Shown one piece after another: positions 28,866 through 37,897 of a DNA stretch of 64,000 nucleotides (position 1 is the stretch's first letter; the number at the start of each line of letters is the position of its first letter). The notes under the pieces were generated by a model. That model was not told the origin of the DNA, searched no databases, and worked only from the letters and a program-made list of their open reading frames with translations. This DNA is from Gammaproteobacteria bacterium (GTDB lineage: Bacteria > Pseudomonadota > Gammaproteobacteria > GCA-001735895). A program made the position numbers and the translations under genes. Location: positions 1,817 through 65,816 of the forward strand of contig JBNKPX010000002.1 in NCBI GenBank assembly GCA_050295575.1, written 5' to 3'.

Positions 28866-31787
28866 CTATATCTCTCTCAGTACTCTAAAACCGGTAGATG
28901 TATCTGCCTTGCCATTGTGAGCTTTTGAAGTGCTTATTGTACAGCTTTCCATAGGATCGAGGAAGGAGCCGCCTACCGCTTCCAGTTTTCGACCGCTTTG
29001 GTACACCCATTCCTGTACATTACCCACATAGTTAACAAGCCCCCAGTCATTTTGGCTGCCTACCGTATAGTAGACCAAATCTCCACCTTTTTGAAACCCT
29101 CTGGTGCTGAGTTCGCAGTTTCTATTGGGATCTAGTTTTTTACTACGAGATTTCGCTGCATGAAGCCATTCCTTTTTACTCGGCAAGCGATACTTTTTAC
29201 CTGATTGGCTGCTAAGCCAGGAAAGATAAGCCTCGACCTGGCCAATTGATACCCCCGAGACTGGAAGCTGGTCATTTTTCGATAGCTTGCTGCAGATACC
29301 CTTTGCCTCACAAAACTGATTATATTCTCCTATCGAAATTTCATACTTGGTAATAGCGAAGGGCTTAATATTGTTGCTTCCAGGAATAACAACCATTTCC
29401 GGGCCATAACTGGCATTCTTTAGCTTATCCTTACACATTGCTCTTTTGCCACGTCTACCAAGTCCAGCCAGAGATATGTCACATGGATCTCTGGATTGAA
29501 TATTGATTTGTGACAATAATGGCGAGCTAAATAGCTTTAGACTGTATTTTTTTGCATCTAAAGCCCGCTCGGGGAATGATTTACCTATTTGAATAATACA
29601 TCCAGCCAATGAGCGAACGATAGTATTCTCAATCTTTGAATATCGTCCGGGATCCAGTTGTTTAAGCTTTTTTATACCAATTTCAAAGTTGCGCATATTG
29701 ATGCGTCCCTGACATTCAAGCAGATTATTTACATTGTCTAGTGCGATATTGAACTGATCGGTAACCTGCTGGCTTTTTTCTGCATTTACTGTTGCTTTTT
29801 GCTGTGCCAGTTTTTGTTGCTGTAATCGCTGTCTTCTTTCCTGCTCAAGCTTTTTCTTACGCTCAAGCTCTAGTTTTGCCTGTTCGATCCGCTTCTGCTG
29901 CGCAATTTCACGAGCCCTGGCTATGCTCGTAGTAAATTGATCAAGTAATGTTGTTTGAACCGCATAGCGCTTTGCTGCAACAATCAACTGCTCGGCCTGG
30001 GTATACTTTTTCTCACTGACTGCTGCTTTTATGTGTGAGACATAGAGATTAAAGATAGCCGCCATTTTTTCCTCAATCCACGGATCTGAATCACCCGTTA
30101 ATTTTTTCAGGTCAGAGATATCCTTCCAGATAGAGTCCTGCCAGAGATCAGAAAAATTGGCATTCATTATGAGCTTTACAATATTCTCCTTGTAGAAGTC
30201 AATTCTGACCTTTAACTCCAACTCATTCCTGATATCGAACTCTGAATAGGCTGGAGGTTCGGGCTCTTTGACAAAAAACAGAAAATAACTACTGATTGCT
30301 GCGGCAAAGACCAGTGCTAAAGCAGTTACCATCCAGCTCGAAGACTTAAGCTTAGGCGTTATGTCTTCTTCAAAATTACTGATAGATTCCTGTCTGTCTT
30401 CACGATCAAAAGCGATTGCCCTTTCAATAGCCTGCCACTCAAATTTCTTGATATGAGCAATTCGTTTGGGCTTTAATCCCTGTCTTTTCGCCTCGTCGGC
30501 GGGGACTTTGTTATAGGGGTGTTTACCAGTCAATACTTCGTAAGCTACACAGCCTAATGCATAAACATCATCGCGTACGTCAGGTTCCTTCCCTTCCAGC
30601 ATCTCCAGACTAGCATAGGCAGGGGTAAGCGCACCGAGATTACCTGCGTCAAAAACGGTATGGTCCTGAGGGCTCCCTTCAAGATGCTCTACCTGGGCAA
30701 CTGCACGTGCTATACCAAAATCAAATACCTTGGTCAGACCTTTTTTGGTAACGAAAACATTGCCTGGCTTAAAATCAGAATGAATAATATTGCCCGCATG
30801 AGCATGTTTTAACGCAGCGGTCATACCCCGGATGATTTCCCAGGCATCATCGGTCGGCAAACCGGTGGACTTATAACGACGGATTAACTGATCAAGTGGA
30901 TCTCCATCAAGGAATTCCATGGTCATAAATACGGTATCACCATCACGATCAAAATCATGCACATTCACAATATTCGGGTGTGCTATGCGTTGTGATTTTC
31001 TTGACTCGCGCTGTAGTGAAATAAAGGCTTCCGGGTGAGATTTGAATTCTTCACTCAATACCTTGATCGCCACATAAGGGTCACGATCTTTGGCTTCAAC
31101 CTTTAATAAATCTTTTGCCTTATAAACTATCCCCATACCGCCGGCACCAAGAACCCGCTCAAGAACAAAACGCTTCTTCAGCAGATGCTGATCAGTATAG
31201 TCAGTCCGTTTTTCTCCTGAGTCAGCCGCTCCAGCACGCTGCTCCAATGTGACAGTATGCTGCAAGCGAGTATCATCATCTATCAGGGTTTGGCTTTCAG
31301 ATGATGCTAATACTCTGGTGCGCTGAAACTGAGTTGAATCGCTTTCTCCCTGCTGCGATCGATTTTTATGTTCGCCAGTTGGGCCTGCACTTTCCTGCTC
31401 AGGCTCAAACTCTGCTGGCACTGTTATCGGGAAATCTGTTTCATCCATCGCACCCGGGGCCGTTGCAGGTTTTTTGTGCACATTGTTTGCTTTCTGAACA
31501 GCCCTGCCTGCCGGAGCAGTGTGCTTTTTAATTGCTATTCGAGTAGCATCCTGATGATTTGGTGGCTGTTGAGCTTTCGGTTTTCTGGGCGCTATACGAG
31601 TAGCATCCTTGCCTGCTCCAGTCTGTGGAGCAGCAGGTTTTCTGACTACGGTGCGGTTAGCATCCTCAGTCGTGCGAGCAGGTACTGCTGCCGGTTTTCT
31701 CACCGCAACACGCGTTTTATCAGTCGACTCCAGCCCCGGGTTTTGTGGTCTAATTACCCGTGCTTTTCCCTGTTCGTTATCCTTCAT
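28866..31787 (-). CDS. T6SS-associated Hanks-type Ser/Thr kinase (PpkA-like) with C-terminal FGE-sulfatase domain
   Basis: 973 aa. Kinase motifs GAGGMGIVYKA, VAIKVL, HSDFKPGNV, DFGIAR. TM WMVTALALVFAAAISSYFLFFV, then a periplasmic coiled coil. The C-terminal FGE/SUMF1 pattern is MVVIPG...YEISIGEYNQF...YRLPSKKEW...GNVQEWV...GGSF...GFRVLREI. ATGA overlap with pppA. Confidence 0.9.
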   Translation of the reverse strand: MKDNEQGKARVIRPQNPGLESTDKTRVAVRKPAAVPARTTEDANRTVVRKPAAPQTGAGKDATRIAPRKPKAQQPPNHQDATRIAIKKHTAPAGRAVQKANNVHKKPATAPGAMDETDFPITVPAEFEPEQESAGPTGEHKNRSQQGESDSTQFQRTRVLASSESQTLIDDDTRLQHTVTLEQRAGAADSGEKRTDYTDQHLLKKRFVLERVLGAGGMGIVYKAKDLLKVEAKDRDPYVAIKVLSEEFKSHPEAFISLQRESRKSQRIAHPNIVNVHDFDRDGDTVFMTMEFLDGDPLDQLIRRYKSTGLPTDDAWEIIRGMTAALKHAHAGNIIHSDFKPGNVFVTKKGLTKVFDFGIARAVAQVEHLEGSPQDHTVFDAGNLGALTPAYASLEMLEGKEPDVRDDVYALGCVAYEVLTGKHPYNKVPADEAKRQGLKPKRIAHIKKFEWQAIERAIAFDREDRQESISNFEEDITPKLKSSSWMVTALALVFAAAISSYFLFFVKEPEPPAYSEFDIRNELELKVRIDFYKENIVKLIMNANFSDLWQDSIWKDISDLKKLTGDSDPWIEEKMAAIFNLYVSHIKAAVSEKKYTQAEQLIVAAKRYAVQTTLLDQFTTSIARAREIAQQKRIEQAKLELERKKKLEQERRQRLQQQKLAQQKATVNAEKSQQVTDQFNIALDNVNNLLECQGRINMRNFEIGIKKLKQLDPGRYSKIENTIVRSLAGCIIQIGKSFPERALDAKKYSLKLFSSPLLSQINIQSRDPCDISLAGLGRRGKRAMCKDKLKNASYGPEMVVIPGSNNIKPFAITKYEISIGEYNQFCEAKGICSKLSKNDQLPVSGVSIGQVEAYLSWLSSQSGKKYRLPSKKEWLHAAKSRSKKLDPNRNCELSTRGFQKGGDLVYYTVGSQNDWGLVNYVGNVQEWVYQSGRKLEAVGGSFLDPMESCTISTSKAHNGKADTSTGFRVLREI

Positions 31788-32572
31788 AAATCAGTGGATT
31801 CCGGTGCCTGAGGCTTTCGCGTAGTCCCACTCTGCTCTCCTTTAACGAGTATAACTGAAACATTATCATCTGCTCCTTTATCGAGTGCCTGTTGAATCAG
31901 GCTATCTACCGCCTCCTGCAGTGGAAACTCCAGTAAGGTATCGGTAATTTCCTGAGTGCTTACCATGTTATATAAACCATCACTACATAACAGGAAAATA
32001 TCTCCCAACTGAGTACTAAAAACATTTATATCAAGATAGAGATCAGGCTGAGCACCTACCGCACGGGTGATCACGTTGGCGTCAGGATGATTTTCAGCCT
32101 CATCAGGTGTTAAGTATCCCTGCTGTATCTGTTCCTGAACCTGACTATGATCACGTGAGAGCTGTTGTAATTGGCGATTTCTAAAGCGATATAATCGAGA
32201 ATCTCCGGCCCATATACAAACACCCACGCGTCCCTGTATAAGTAAAGACACGATTGTACTACCGAGCATTCTGCCTTCGAGCATGATATCTGAATACTCA
32301 AGAATTCTATCATTGACATCGATAAGTCGATCTTCAATGGTAGTCACTACTTCATTCAAGGTTTCAAAAGTAGGCAGATCTTCCAGACAGGAGACGACCA
32401 TATCACTGGCAACATTACCAGCCTCATAGCCGCCCATGCCATCGGCCACGGCCCAGAACTTCGATTCAGGTAATGCCAGCACGGAGTCTTCGTTCACTTC
32501 CCTGACCTTACCTACATTGGTATCAAGTGCCGAATTCCATAATATAGGGCGCTGTATGGTGATATCTATCAT
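31784..32572 (-). CDS. pppA: PP2C-family Ser/Thr phosphatase (PppA-like)
   Basis: 262 aa. NEDS...ADGMGGYEAGNVAS...LLCSDGL...GADDNVSVILV motifs. Confidence 0.9.
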   Translation of the reverse strand: MIDITIQRPILWNSALDTNVGKVREVNEDSVLALPESKFWAVADGMGGYEAGNVASDMVVSCLEDLPTFETLNEVVTTIEDRLIDVNDRILEYSDIMLEGRMLGSTIVSLLIQGRVGVCIWAGDSRLYRFRNRQLQQLSRDHSQVQEQIQQGYLTPDEAENHPDANVITRAVGAQPDLYLDINVFSTQLGDIFLLCSDGLYNMVSTQEITDTLLEFPLQEAVDSLIQQALDKGADDNVSVILVKGEQSGTTRKPQAPESTDL

Positions 32573-32581
32573 TAATAAATC

Positions 32582-33307
32582 TTACATTTTCAGGTTGTAG
32601 GGTATCTTCCAGTTTCTTTTCTGCCACTGACCATCCAGCATAGCAGCGATACCTGAAACCGGTGGTAAGCCCTGAGTACAGAAAATAAGTGGTCCTATCA
32701 GTTCAGAACCTTCGGTCTGCCACAGGCTAAAACTGGAGCCTTCTGTGTTCAGGCTAGCGTCCAATAAATACGGTAGTGCATTATTAATTTCGGTCTCGGG
32801 TGTTTCATCAAGCCCGATAATATACGGACCACTCTCACCAAGATTCGAAGTGGCCTGATAGGCTTCTCGATTATCCTGCTGCAAGAGGTTGATTGATGAA
32901 TCCAGGCCATCGACATCCATTTTTCCATCCAGAGCTGACAGGCAATAGGACTCTACCTGTTGATACCATTCCTGCTGAGAAAACAAAAAACTCACCACAC
33001 TGTGATGGGATGCTATCGGTTTAATGATACTAACCGGAAAAAACCGCCCAACTCGATCAACACTGGGCATGATGACACCTGCCCAGATTTTTTCATCAAT
33101 CACACCAGAAGATAATACGAAGCGCCATATCGGACTGGTAAGATAAATATCTAGCCAGTCTTCGCCTATCTGCTCTCTGGAGGCTGACACATACAGTTGC
33201 AGCCATTCATCCCATTGATTGATAAAGGCAGGGGTTAAATTACGAAATATAAAGTCACCATGTGCGGGTAACTTTCCATATATACCGGTGAGCTTAGGAG
33301 TCTGCAT
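32582..33307 (-). CDS. tagF: type VI secretion-associated protein TagF (DUF2094)
   Basis: GIYGKLPAHGDFIFRNL...WDEWLQ...SPIWRFVL...PSVDRVGRFFPVSI is the TagF signature. Starts immediately after the tssM stop. Confidence 0.87.
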   Translation of the reverse strand: MQTPKLTGIYGKLPAHGDFIFRNLTPAFINQWDEWLQLYVSASREQIGEDWLDIYLTSPIWRFVLSSGVIDEKIWAGVIMPSVDRVGRFFPVSIIKPIASHHSVVSFLFSQQEWYQQVESYCLSALDGKMDVDGLDSSINLLQQDNREAYQATSNLGESGPYIIGLDETPETEINNALPYLLDASLNTEGSSFSLWQTEGSELIGPLIFCTQGLPPVSGIAAMLDGQWQKRNWKIPYNLKM

Positions 33308-36300
33308 TCAGATAGACCCTGGACAATTAAAAGAACCCAATAAATTGGTATTAAACGGATTATTGATACTATCCGCCTTGATAAGATATTCCATCTTGTG
33401 CTTAATATTTTTAGCACCATTAGCCGGTTTTTCAATGACATTATATTCAATCAAATAAACATTGGCCTTTTTAGTGCGCGTGATTTTTGAGACGTCCTGC
33501 ATATGTAGCCAGGCCCAGGGACCTTCGAAAGATCTTTCGTTATGCTCGCCATTAAGATCTTCAAAAACAATTCGAACCCGGCTGTTTTCATCCTTTGCGG
33601 ACCAGGTTAGTTTTTTCCAGAACTTGGGACCATGATTATAGCTAATACGCTGGGCACCCACATCCAGCCAGAAACGGGCGTCAATCTTATTTAATCGATA
33701 GGGTTTTAACTGAAAGGATAGTCCAGGTGCTTCCGGACTGGCTCTAAAGAAAATACTTTTGATATTCTGTGCTCGATGAATCTGCGTCAGGGTACCAGAA
33801 TTCAAGCCTAAAGAACGATTGTCGACGACCCTATTCTTCCAGCGAGTGCCCGTTTTTACAAAGGGTTTAATATATTTCAGAAAAAATTTATCCATTTTCC
33901 CTTCAGGTTTGAAGAAATCAGTAAAATCGAGCTGGGCTAACTCATTTTTAGATTTCCTTGACAAGGGATAGCGACCAGATAATGCGTCTTTATAGAAAGT
34001 GTACACCTGGTTCTTCCACTCATTGTTCACATGCTGGTGCGCAGCGGCTAAAACCACCCGCCAGCTTTGATCAGATAATTTCTCTAACCACCTTTTAACT
34101 GGTTCAGGCTTATTTGCTGCAAACTGAGTTAATGAGGTAATGGCATTGCCAGCCCCCTGAGTGAATCGCGCGGAAGCAACCTGAAAAGACTTCTTGGCCG
34201 GGTCAGGAGACACTGCAATTTCACCAATGAAATCTTTTAACTGTTCAATCTTTTGAATGATAGATTTTATCGGTGCAGGTCTTTGCTTACTTTCCCGAAG
34301 TAATTGATTCACAGGTCTAAAGTGCTGATCGACCTCAGTCCCTTTAAAATTCTCAGCCAGTAGCGCAGTCACTTTACCTGTTTTACCTTCGCTATTATCA
34401 TCACTCATGTTTTGTAATAACTGATTAGATAACTGGGTATTTTCGGCAGTAACCTGTAATACCGCCAATAGTGGTGAATAAACCGGGTCGATAAACCTTG
34501 AAAGCACCTCCATCGCCTTATCCAGAGAATTGAACTCAGCAAGATCAAGCGACTCCAGAACCTTAGCCCACTGTTGAGTGAACTCAGATAGATAAAGCTG
34601 TGTTACCTTTTCGCTGATTTCACCAAGATCGTCCTTGATAAAGTCAACCTTACCACTCTCATCGTCGGATAGAACCCAACGATCGCGCACGAGGTCTGCA
34701 ATCACCGGAGATTTTGTGGAAAGATCTATACTGTCGTAGCCTTCTTTGGTAAACATGAAGGGTATCTGTAGTCGACTGGCCACATCATCTGAGACCTGGT
34801 AAGTTTCACGCACCGATTCGCCGAATAAATTCAGCAAATCTACTTTTTGTCGATACTCAGCCTGATTTCTGATTCGACTATAAATTCTCTGATGCACAGG
34901 CACTCTTAATAAAACCTGCCGGGTCTGCTGCACAAGCTGTGGGTTTAATTTATAAGGTTCAGGACTGAGTTTGAGTAATTCCTGCAGGTGTTTTTCGAGA
35001 GCCTGTCGATGTGTAGCCTCACCTGTCATAGTCTCTTTCCAGTCAGTTTTAAACCACTCTACAACCAGCGGAATATCCATATGCTCAGTCTTCTGAAACA
35101 TCAGGTAGGTACGAAAATTATGATATAAATCCCCTCCCTGATGCCCCATAGCAATCTTCTTTTCAAGATAGCTAATCAGTCGTGGTAATAGTAATCGTTT
35201 TAGCTGAGAGTGATAGGCGTTATCAGCAGATTCATCAACCTGGCCATCATACATGCCCATTCCCGATAGCCAGGGATGCTGTTCCTGATCATACACTATG
35301 CTGGCGTTAGCCAGCGCATTCAATGACGGTATTACAGCACGTACATCCTTATTCCAGTCTTTAACCGCACCCTGACTACGTTCAAACTCTGTGACATATC
35401 CAGCTACTTCAAGCATGTAATCGTCATGTTTACTAATACTGCTGGACCAGGAGGCCAACAGACCTATAGCAATGATTACCAGAGAGAAATAGGCCGTACG
35501 ACGAGACCATTTGATAAATAATTCAAACTTACGATTCGAACCTACCAGTTCGGATTCGGGGAAAATAACCTCCCGAAAAAGATTGCCTAAAAAGAAACTC
35601 TTACCCTGACCATGTTGATATTGAGCCTGTTCGCGTTGAAAACCAAAGTTTGCTGAAACTGAGCTCATCATACGGTCAATTGGAGTACCATCCTGAGTAC
35701 CACTGGTAAAATAGACGCCTCGAAGGTAGGGTTGTTTTTCGTAGCGATTTTTTACAAAAGTCTGGTGTACAAATTCACTGATAATGGTTCGAATATTTTC
35801 AACCTGAAGTGGGAAGCCCTGAATTAACCCGCGACGTTTGATATCTCTTTCCTGATGTACCCTGGCTAACTCCCGGTCATACAGACGTTTGATGAGACGA
35901 TCCATCTCTAACTCAAAATTCTCAAAATCCGGACTTTGAGAGGAATCAGGTGCATTTGCCAAACTTACCCCCCAAACCTGCTCGCGATCTTCTTTTGATA
36001 AATCTTCAAAGTATTCAGAAAATCCTGAAATCAGATCAGCCTTGGTAAACATCAAATAGATGGGGAATCGAATTTCTAGCTTCTGCATCAATTCATCGAT
36101 TCGTGTTCTGATTATTTTAGCCTGCTGCGCTCTCTCCTGCTCCGTCATCACCAGCAGGTCCTGAATGCTAATCGATACTATGGCCCCGTTTATGGGTCTG
36201 CGTCGACGATTTCTTTTCAGCAGCGATAAAAAGGCCTCCCAGGCATTGCTATCAACCACCTTATGACTATCCTGGGTTGTATATCGCCCGGCTGTATCAA

Positions 36301-36865
36301 TCAACACAGCGTCATTAGTAAACCACCAGTCGCAATTACGGGTCCCACCTACGCCTTGCAAGGCACCCTTGCCGAATTGATCAGCTAAAGGGAATTCCAG
36401 GCTGGAATTAATAAGTGCCGTGGTCTTACCGGACCCAGGAGGCCCTATGATGATGTACCAGGGTAACTGGTATAATGCTTTTGATTTATTTCCTCCCTTA
36501 AACCTTAATTTCGACAGTGTGGATAATGCATCGGAAAATCTCTGGTTGAGCAGGTGAGACTCTTCAGATGACTGGTCATTGGCGCTGTCATTAAGGCTGA
36601 TTTCTTCCTGATTCTGCTCAAGATCGCCGAGCAAATCCTTATTGTTCTTTTTAGTGGTTAATTGAATTCTCAGGTTATTCAGCCCCCATAGCAACATCAG
36701 AATAATGATTGCGATGAGCCTTGATACTTCACTGGATAGTGGTGCAGAATTATTCTCACCAAATTTAATCATGGGTCCAACAAACCAGATCACGACCGAT
36801 AGCGCGATTAAACCGATGATTGAAATGACGATTTTATTGGTAAAAAATTGCAGAATCTTTTTCAT
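33308..36865 (-). CDS. tssM: T6SS membrane complex protein TssM (IcmF)
   Basis: 1185 aa. N-terminal TM helices, Walker A GPPGSGKTTAL and a long IcmF-related periplasmic region. Confidence 0.95.
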   Translation of the reverse strand: MKKILQFFTNKIVISIIGLIALSVVIWFVGPMIKFGENNSAPLSSEVSRLIAIIILMLLWGLNNLRIQLTTKKNNKDLLGDLEQNQEEISLNDSANDQSSEESHLLNQRFSDALSTLSKLRFKGGNKSKALYQLPWYIIIGPPGSGKTTALINSSLEFPLADQFGKGALQGVGGTRNCDWWFTNDAVLIDTAGRYTTQDSHKVVDSNAWEAFLSLLKRNRRRRPINGAIVSISIQDLLVMTEQERAQQAKIIRTRIDELMQKLEIRFPIYLMFTKADLISGFSEYFEDLSKEDREQVWGVSLANAPDSSQSPDFENFELEMDRLIKRLYDRELARVHQERDIKRRGLIQGFPLQVENIRTIISEFVHQTFVKNRYEKQPYLRGVYFTSGTQDGTPIDRMMSSVSANFGFQREQAQYQHGQGKSFFLGNLFREVIFPESELVGSNRKFELFIKWSRRTAYFSLVIIAIGLLASWSSSISKHDDYMLEVAGYVTEFERSQGAVKDWNKDVRAVIPSLNALANASIVYDQEQHPWLSGMGMYDGQVDESADNAYHSQLKRLLLPRLISYLEKKIAMGHQGGDLYHNFRTYLMFQKTEHMDIPLVVEWFKTDWKETMTGEATHRQALEKHLQELLKLSPEPYKLNPQLVQQTRQVLLRVPVHQRIYSRIRNQAEYRQKVDLLNLFGESVRETYQVSDDVASRLQIPFMFTKEGYDSIDLSTKSPVIADLVRDRWVLSDDESGKVDFIKDDLGEISEKVTQLYLSEFTQQWAKVLESLDLAEFNSLDKAMEVLSRFIDPVYSPLLAVLQVTAENTQLSNQLLQNMSDDNSEGKTGKVTALLAENFKGTEVDQHFRPVNQLLRESKQRPAPIKSIIQKIEQLKDFIGEIAVSPDPAKKSFQVASARFTQGAGNAITSLTQFAANKPEPVKRWLEKLSDQSWRVVLAAAHQHVNNEWKNQVYTFYKDALSGRYPLSRKSKNELAQLDFTDFFKPEGKMDKFFLKYIKPFVKTGTRWKNRVVDNRSLGLNSGTLTQIHRAQNIKSIFFRASPEAPGLSFQLKPYRLNKIDARFWLDVGAQRISYNHGPKFWKKLTWSAKDENSRVRIVFEDLNGEHNERSFEGPWAWLHMQDVSKITRTKKANVYLIEYNVIEKPANGAKNIKHKMEYLIKADSINNPFNTNLLGSFNCPGSI

Positions 36866-36906
36866 TATATTTTGCTGTCTATCCCTTGGATAATTTCGAG
36901 TGAGCC

Positions 36907-37854
36907 TTAATTGCTATTTTCTTCAGATAAGGGTTTATAGCTTGCTGTGATAGCATCAAGTTGGGCAACAACAGGCTCTGATGTATCAAACAGCCAAACC
37001 CTGAAACCCGTGTAACTTAGTAATAACACAGCGCACAAAATGCTCGCCACCACCCACAGTGGAATATAGCTTGTTAGAGAATTACGTATTCTGCCAAGCC
37101 CTTGCCAATTTGGTGACAATGATCGCTCATAGTCACCTCGTTGTCGCCTGATAATACTGAATAATTCATCCCTTAATTGCTCAATACGATCTCGGCCTCG
37201 ATGAATAACACGGTATTTGCCTTCAAAACCAAGACTTAGCAAGATGTACATGAATTCCAGAATATCTATATTATCGGAAGGATATTCGAGCATTCTATCC
37301 AGGATAAGAAAAAACTTTTCACCGCCTGCGGTTTCATTATGAAAAACACTCAGTAATGACCTCTGGGGCCAGGCTGACTCGGAGCCCCAGGGCGTGTTCA
37401 ATACGGCTTCATCCAGTGCTGTACAAATCGCGTATCGCACCGATAGTACTATTTCTGGCTTGGTACCCAGTTCTTTCAGTTTATTTTCAAACTGACGAAT
37501 CTCATTGACTAACCTTTTATGCAGCCCACCCACATCAGGGTGCGTCATTGACTGTCGGGTTTTTTCAAACACTGTAATTAATGTCGTCGCATTATTGACG
37601 ATTGGATTTATGCCACTATTGCTTTCAAATGACAGAAGTTTCGAATCCGGTTGCTGATTACTCTCAACGCCTGACTGATATAAATTCGCATTGCGTTGTG
37701 CTGGTTTCTGGCGTGGTGTCGGTGCAGCTGCTGCAGTGGGAGGAACATTTCTCGAAGCAGCACCTCGCCCTCCGGGAGCTGGTCGTATAACCGTTCTATC
37801 AGGATTCATTGGTTGTTGTTTGAAGACGGTTTTATCGCGATTATCAGGTGACAT
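36907..37854 (-). CDS. tssL: T6SS membrane complex protein TssL (DotU), short form without peptidoglycan-binding domain
   Basis: DotU cytoplasmic domain plus a single C-terminal TM (LWVVASILCAVLLLSY). N-terminal DRTVIRPAPGGRG motif. ATG 37854 is preferred; the ORF-track start at 37926 would overlap tssK by 29 nt. Confidence 0.85.
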   Translation of the reverse strand: MSPDNRDKTVFKQQPMNPDRTVIRPAPGGRGAASRNVPPTAAAAPTPRQKPAQRNANLYQSGVESNQQPDSKLLSFESNSGINPIVNNATTLITVFEKTRQSMTHPDVGGLHKRLVNEIRQFENKLKELGTKPEIVLSVRYAICTALDEAVLNTPWGSESAWPQRSLLSVFHNETAGGEKFFLILDRMLEYPSDNIDILEFMYILLSLGFEGKYRVIHRGRDRIEQLRDELFSIIRRQRGDYERSLSPNWQGLGRIRNSLTSYIPLWVVASILCAVLLLSYTGFRVWLFDTSEPVVAQLDAITASYKPLSEENSN

Positions 37855-37897
37855 AAAGCTTTCCAATAGTTGATCTGGATGATGGCCCTTGCATGTT

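Noticed and set aside
31301-31824. Antisense ORFs inside T6SS genes, e.g. 31301..31531, 31368..31811, 31609..31824, 40092..40388, 40625..41038, 43155..43514, 50392..51039
   Set aside because: They lie opposite strongly supported, motif-bearing CDSs, have biased low-complexity translations and show no independent start signals. They are typical shadow ORFs.
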